This document shows positions 46,551 to 49,116 of a DNA stretch of 49,116 nt, piece by piece (within the stretch, counting starts at the first letter, position 1; each line of letters opens with the position of its first letter). The notes beneath the pieces are model-generated. The model was not told where the DNA came from. It saw only the letters and a list, made by a program, of their open reading frames with translations, and searched no databases. The stretch comes from Acidimicrobiales bacterium (GTDB lineage Bacteria > Actinomycetota > Acidimicrobiia > Acidimicrobiales > VFJN01), in NCBI GenBank assembly GCA_046598435.1, contig JBKJIL010000276.1, forward strand, positions 1 through 49,116, given 5' to 3'. The position numbers and the translations under genes are program-made.

Positions 46551-47237
46551 TCAGCTCGCAGGCGGTTCGAGCTTCAGGCCGACGCCGCGCACGGTGTGCA
46601 GGTACCGCGGCGCCCCGGCGGACTCTCCGAGCTTGCGGCGGAGCCACGAGAGGTGGACATCGATGGTCTTGTCCGCCCCACCGTGCGGCTGACGCCACAC
46701 CTCGGCCAGGAGCTCTCGACGCGACACCACGTCAGGCGACCGTCGGGCCAGGTGGACCAGCAGGTCGAACTCGAGCCGGGAGAGGTCGAGGGCGTGGCCT
46801 TCGAGCATCGCCAGCCGACGTTCCGGGTCGATGTGCAGGCTGCCCACCGTGATCTGGGAGCTGGCCGTGGGGGCGGGCGCGGCCCGGCGGAGGACCGCCC
46901 GAATCCGGGCATCGAGGTGGGAGGCTGTGTACGGCTTCACCACGTAGTCGTCGGCGCCGGCATCGAGCACCCGGACGATCTCCGCGTCATCGTCACGGGC
47001 GGTGGCCACGATGACCGGCACGCTCGACACGCCACGCAGCATGCGCAGCACGACCGTGCCGTCGAGGTCGGGGAGCCCCAGGTCGAGCACGACGACATCG
47101 GGGGACCAGGCCACCACGGCCGCCAGCGCATCGGCGCCCCGGCTCTCCGTGCGAACGGCATGGCCCGAGGCCGTCAGCGCCGTGGCGATGACCTCTCTGA
47201 TCCGCTGATCGTCCTCGATCACGAGCACCGACGCCAT
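46551..47237 (-). CDS. OmpR/PhoB-family response regulator
   Basis: VLVIEDDQRIRE...VVVLDLGLPDLDG...VIVATARD plus a winged helix (LSRLEFDLLVHL...LHTVRGVGLKL). Confidence 0.93.
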   Translation of the reverse strand: MASVLVIEDDQRIREVIATALTASGHAVRTESRGADALAAVVAWSPDVVVLDLGLPDLDGTVVLRMLRGVSSVPVIVATARDDDAEIVRVLDAGADDYVVKPYTASHLDARIRAVLRRAAPAPTASSQITVGSLHIDPERRLAMLEGHALDLSRLEFDLLVHLARRSPDVVSRRELLAEVWRQPHGGADKTIDVHLSWLRRKLGESAGAPRYLHTVRGVGLKLEPPAS

Positions 47238-47286
47238 GGCGACGAACGCTACGCCCCACCGCTGCGACCGTGGGCCGACCGGGAAT

Positions 47287-47314
47287 GCCTTAAGGAAGCC
47301 TTAGGGCAGCCTTG
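47287..47314. promoter_or_regulatory. Three direct GCCTTA/G repeats at 11-bp spacing (candidate OmpR-family operator)
   Basis: GCCTTA at 47287, GCCTTA at 47298 and GCCTTG at 47309, in a locally AT-richer patch between the divergent RR gene and the 47350 gene. Confidence 0.3.
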
Positions 47315-47349
47315 TGACGACCAGTCGGCGGAACGGTGAGGATGGGGTC

Positions 47350-47970
47350 GTGCGCAAGACCGCTCTGTACGTCGCGGGCTGGATCGCAGCCGGGATCGGG
47401 GCGGTCACCCTCGCGACCGCGGGCGTCTCGATGGTGGGTCGTCAGGTGACCGGCGAACGGCCGTCGTCATTGAGCGCGCAAGAGGTGCGTGCCGAGCTCG
47501 GCCGCGATGAGACCGAGCCCGACACGTCCACGACGGCGCCGTCGAGCACGTCCACCACGACACCCACCACGACCGTTCCCGGCGCGGCTGCCGGGCCTGG
47601 GACGGGCAGCGGCGTGGGCGGCGGAGCGGAGAGCGACACCGACCCCTCCCCCACCGGCGTCGGCTCCCCCGGGCCGGCGGCGGTAGCCCCCGGCCCTGAG
47701 GACGACGACGGCGACCCCGTCACCACCTCGACGGCGGCCGCGCCATCGGAGACCAGGACGTACTCGATGACCGGCGGGACGGCCACGCTGCGCTTCAGCA
47801 GCAGCGGCGTCACCGTCGTGGTGGCCACGCCCAACGCGGGCTTCTCGGTCGTGCAGGAGCCCACCCACGACAACGGGGTGCGGGTCGAGTTCCGCAACGA
47901 CGAGCACCGCAGCCGCGTGGAGGGCTGGTGGGAGGGCGGCCCGCGTGACGAGGTGGAAGAAGCGGACTGA
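47350..47970 (+). CDS. Signal-anchored hypothetical protein (Thr/Pro-rich linker plus a C-terminal beta-rich domain)
   Basis: GTG 47350 follows GGTGAGGA. VRKTALYVAGWIAAGIGAVTLATAGV anchor. C-terminal domain TLRFSSSGVTVVVATPNAGFSVVQEPTHDNGVRVEFRNDEHRSRVEGWWEGG. The ORF-track start is 47314. Confidence 0.55.
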   Translation: MRKTALYVAGWIAAGIGAVTLATAGVSMVGRQVTGERPSSLSAQEVRAELGRDETEPDTSTTAPSSTSTTTPTTTVPGAAAGPGTGSGVGGGAESDTDPSPTGVGSPGPAAVAPGPEDDDGDPVTTSTAAAPSETRTYSMTGGTATLRFSSSGVTVVVATPNAGFSVVQEPTHDNGVRVEFRNDEHRSRVEGWWEGGPRDEVEEAD

Positions 47971-48068
47971 GATCTTCACCTCCTCTTGAGGCACCGGGGA
48001 GGACGCCTTAGCGGGCACCGAGCGACGATCAGCTCGTCAACCCGTCACCGCTAGGGAAGGAACCTCCC

Positions 48069-48875
48069 ATGTCGAACTCCACCAGCCCCTCTCGCACCCG
48101 TCTCGGCGCCGCCGCCGGACTGCTCGGCGTCGTGGCCGCTCTCACGGCCGTCACCGGCGTCGGCCCCGTGCCCTCGGTGTTCCAGCTCACCGGGGCGGTG
48201 GAGGACGTGCAGGGCAACTGCGACGAAGCCGAGCATGCCGGTGATCCGTCGTGCGGCACGCTCAGCGCGCGGGACACCGACACCGACTCCGAGGACGAGC
48301 CCACCACGACCGCCGGAGACGGCGCCACGGTGCCCAGCGACATCCGCACCGTGCAGGCCGGCGACGCTGGATCCGTGATGGTGTCGGTGGAGGGGGCGAG
48401 CCTGCGTCTGCTCACGGCCAGCCCGTCGCAGGGCTGGCAGGTCGAGGTCGACCAGGCCGCCGGCTCGGAGATCGAGGTGCAGTTCCGCTCCGGCACGATC
48501 CGGGTGGACCTGAACCTGGAGCTCGAGGACGGCCAGCTCCGCACCCGGGTCCGCACCCGTGACGAGGCGACCGGTGTCGAGACCGAGACCACCAACGGCA
48601 CCCCCAGCAGCGACGACAACGGGACCGATGACGACTCGGCCGACGACAGCGCTGATGACTCCACCGACGACAGCACCGACGACAGCGCTGATGACTCCAC
48701 CGACGACGGCACCGACGACAGCGCTGATGACTCCACCGACGACAGCACCATCGACTCCGCCGACGACGACTCCGCCGACGACGACAGCGGCCCTGGCAGC
48801 AGCGACGACGACGCCGAGGACGACACCGACAACAGCGGCCCCGGCAGCAGCGACGACGGTCCCGTCCACGACTGA
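48069..48875 (+). CDS. Secreted hypothetical protein with an Asp-rich repetitive C-terminal tail
   Basis: Signal peptide (RLGAAAGLLGVVAALTAVTG). A domain paralogous to the C-terminus of the 47350 gene product. Then about 90 residues of DDS[AT]DDS repeats. Confidence 0.6.
   Translation: MSNSTSPSRTRLGAAAGLLGVVAALTAVTGVGPVPSVFQLTGAVEDVQGNCDEAEHAGDPSCGTLSARDTDTDSEDEPTTTAGDGATVPSDIRTVQAGDAGSVMVSVEGASLRLLTASPSQGWQVEVDQAAGSEIEVQFRSGTIRVDLNLELEDGQLRTRVRTRDEATGVETETTNGTPSSDDNGTDDDSADDSADDSTDDSTDDSADDSTDDGTDDSADDSTDDSTIDSADDDSADDDSGPGSSDDDAEDDTDNSGPGSSDDGPVHD
48642..48749 (+). repeat. 36-bp in-frame tandem repeat, three copies
   Basis: GACGACAGCGCTGATGACTCCACCGACGAC[A/G]GCACC starts at 48642, 48678 and 48714. 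One substitution in the middle copy. Confidence 0.85.
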
Positions 48876-48901
48876 CACCGCCCGTCAGTCGTGCACGGCG
48901 C

Positions 48902-48932
48902 AGCGCCCCCGGGGTTCATCCCCGGGGGCGCT
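48902..48932 (+). terminator. GC-rich hairpin terminator after the acidic-repeat gene
   Basis: AGCGCCCCCGGGG-TTCAT-CCCCGGGGGCGCT, a perfect 13-bp stem 27 nt after the stop. No U-tract. Confidence 0.5.
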
Positions 48933-49116
48933 GTCGCGCTCGACCTTGCGCCAGCCTCGGCCAGCCTGGCCCGGCGCCGCTGTCGGCAGATCGCTGGTGC
49001 TCGTGCCGCGTCAGGTGACGTTCGGTGGTTGACGGCGAGTCAGGGGCGCCGCTGACAAGGACGCAGGCCGAAGGACTCCACCAGCGAATGCGAGGCCGAG
49101 GACGCCGTCAGCGGTG

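Noticed and set aside
48950-49116. Possible gene fragment at the 3' window edge
   Set aside because: No frame here has a recognisable motif or a convincing start or stop context within the roughly 170 nt available.

Overview
Very GC-rich chromosomal segment with strong G/C bias at third codon positions. It comes from a motile monoderm bacterium, most likely actinobacterial; no L/P-ring genes (flgH, flgI, flgA) are present. I see no transposase, integrase, CRISPR array or recognisable defence system.

Three blocks:
1. About nt 1-23470, + strand: one long, translationally coupled flagellar operon. Order: fliD (5'-partial), fliS, small orf, flgB, flgC, fliE, fliF, fliG, fliH, fliI, fliJ, an NlpC/P60+SLT peptidoglycan hydrolase, fliK, flgD, flgE, flbD, motA, motB, fliL, fliM, fliN, fliO, fliP, fliQ, fliR, flhB, flhA, an FlhF-like protein without a P-loop, and a small membrane protein.
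2. nt 23507-34483, - strand, convergent with block 1: a chemotaxis operon. Order: cheA (with an extra CheW-like domain), cheW, a 1085-aa soluble receptor, hemA, cheY, cheB, cheR, cheX, cheY, and a divergent CheC/CheX-like protein.
3. nt 34.6-49.1 kb: tRNA-Tyr(GTA), yajQ, an M23 peptidase, a stand-alone REC protein, acetyl-CoA synthetase, a crotonase, two OmpR-type two-component modules with adjacent small secreted or membrane proteins, an ApbE flavin transferase plus a ferric-reductase-type membrane protein, and a MidA/NDUFAF7-like methyltransferase coupled to the second kinase.

The most interesting signal is the only receptor in the che operon. It is a cytoplasmic truncated-haemoglobin/PAS/PAS/GAF/GAF/MCP fusion, and a glutamyl-tRNA reductase gene (first committed step of haem synthesis) sits immediately downstream inside the same operon. 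This suggests a haem-based gas or redox taxis module with a dedicated cofactor supply. All assignments come from reading the translated ORFs and from remembered family motifs. No database search was run.
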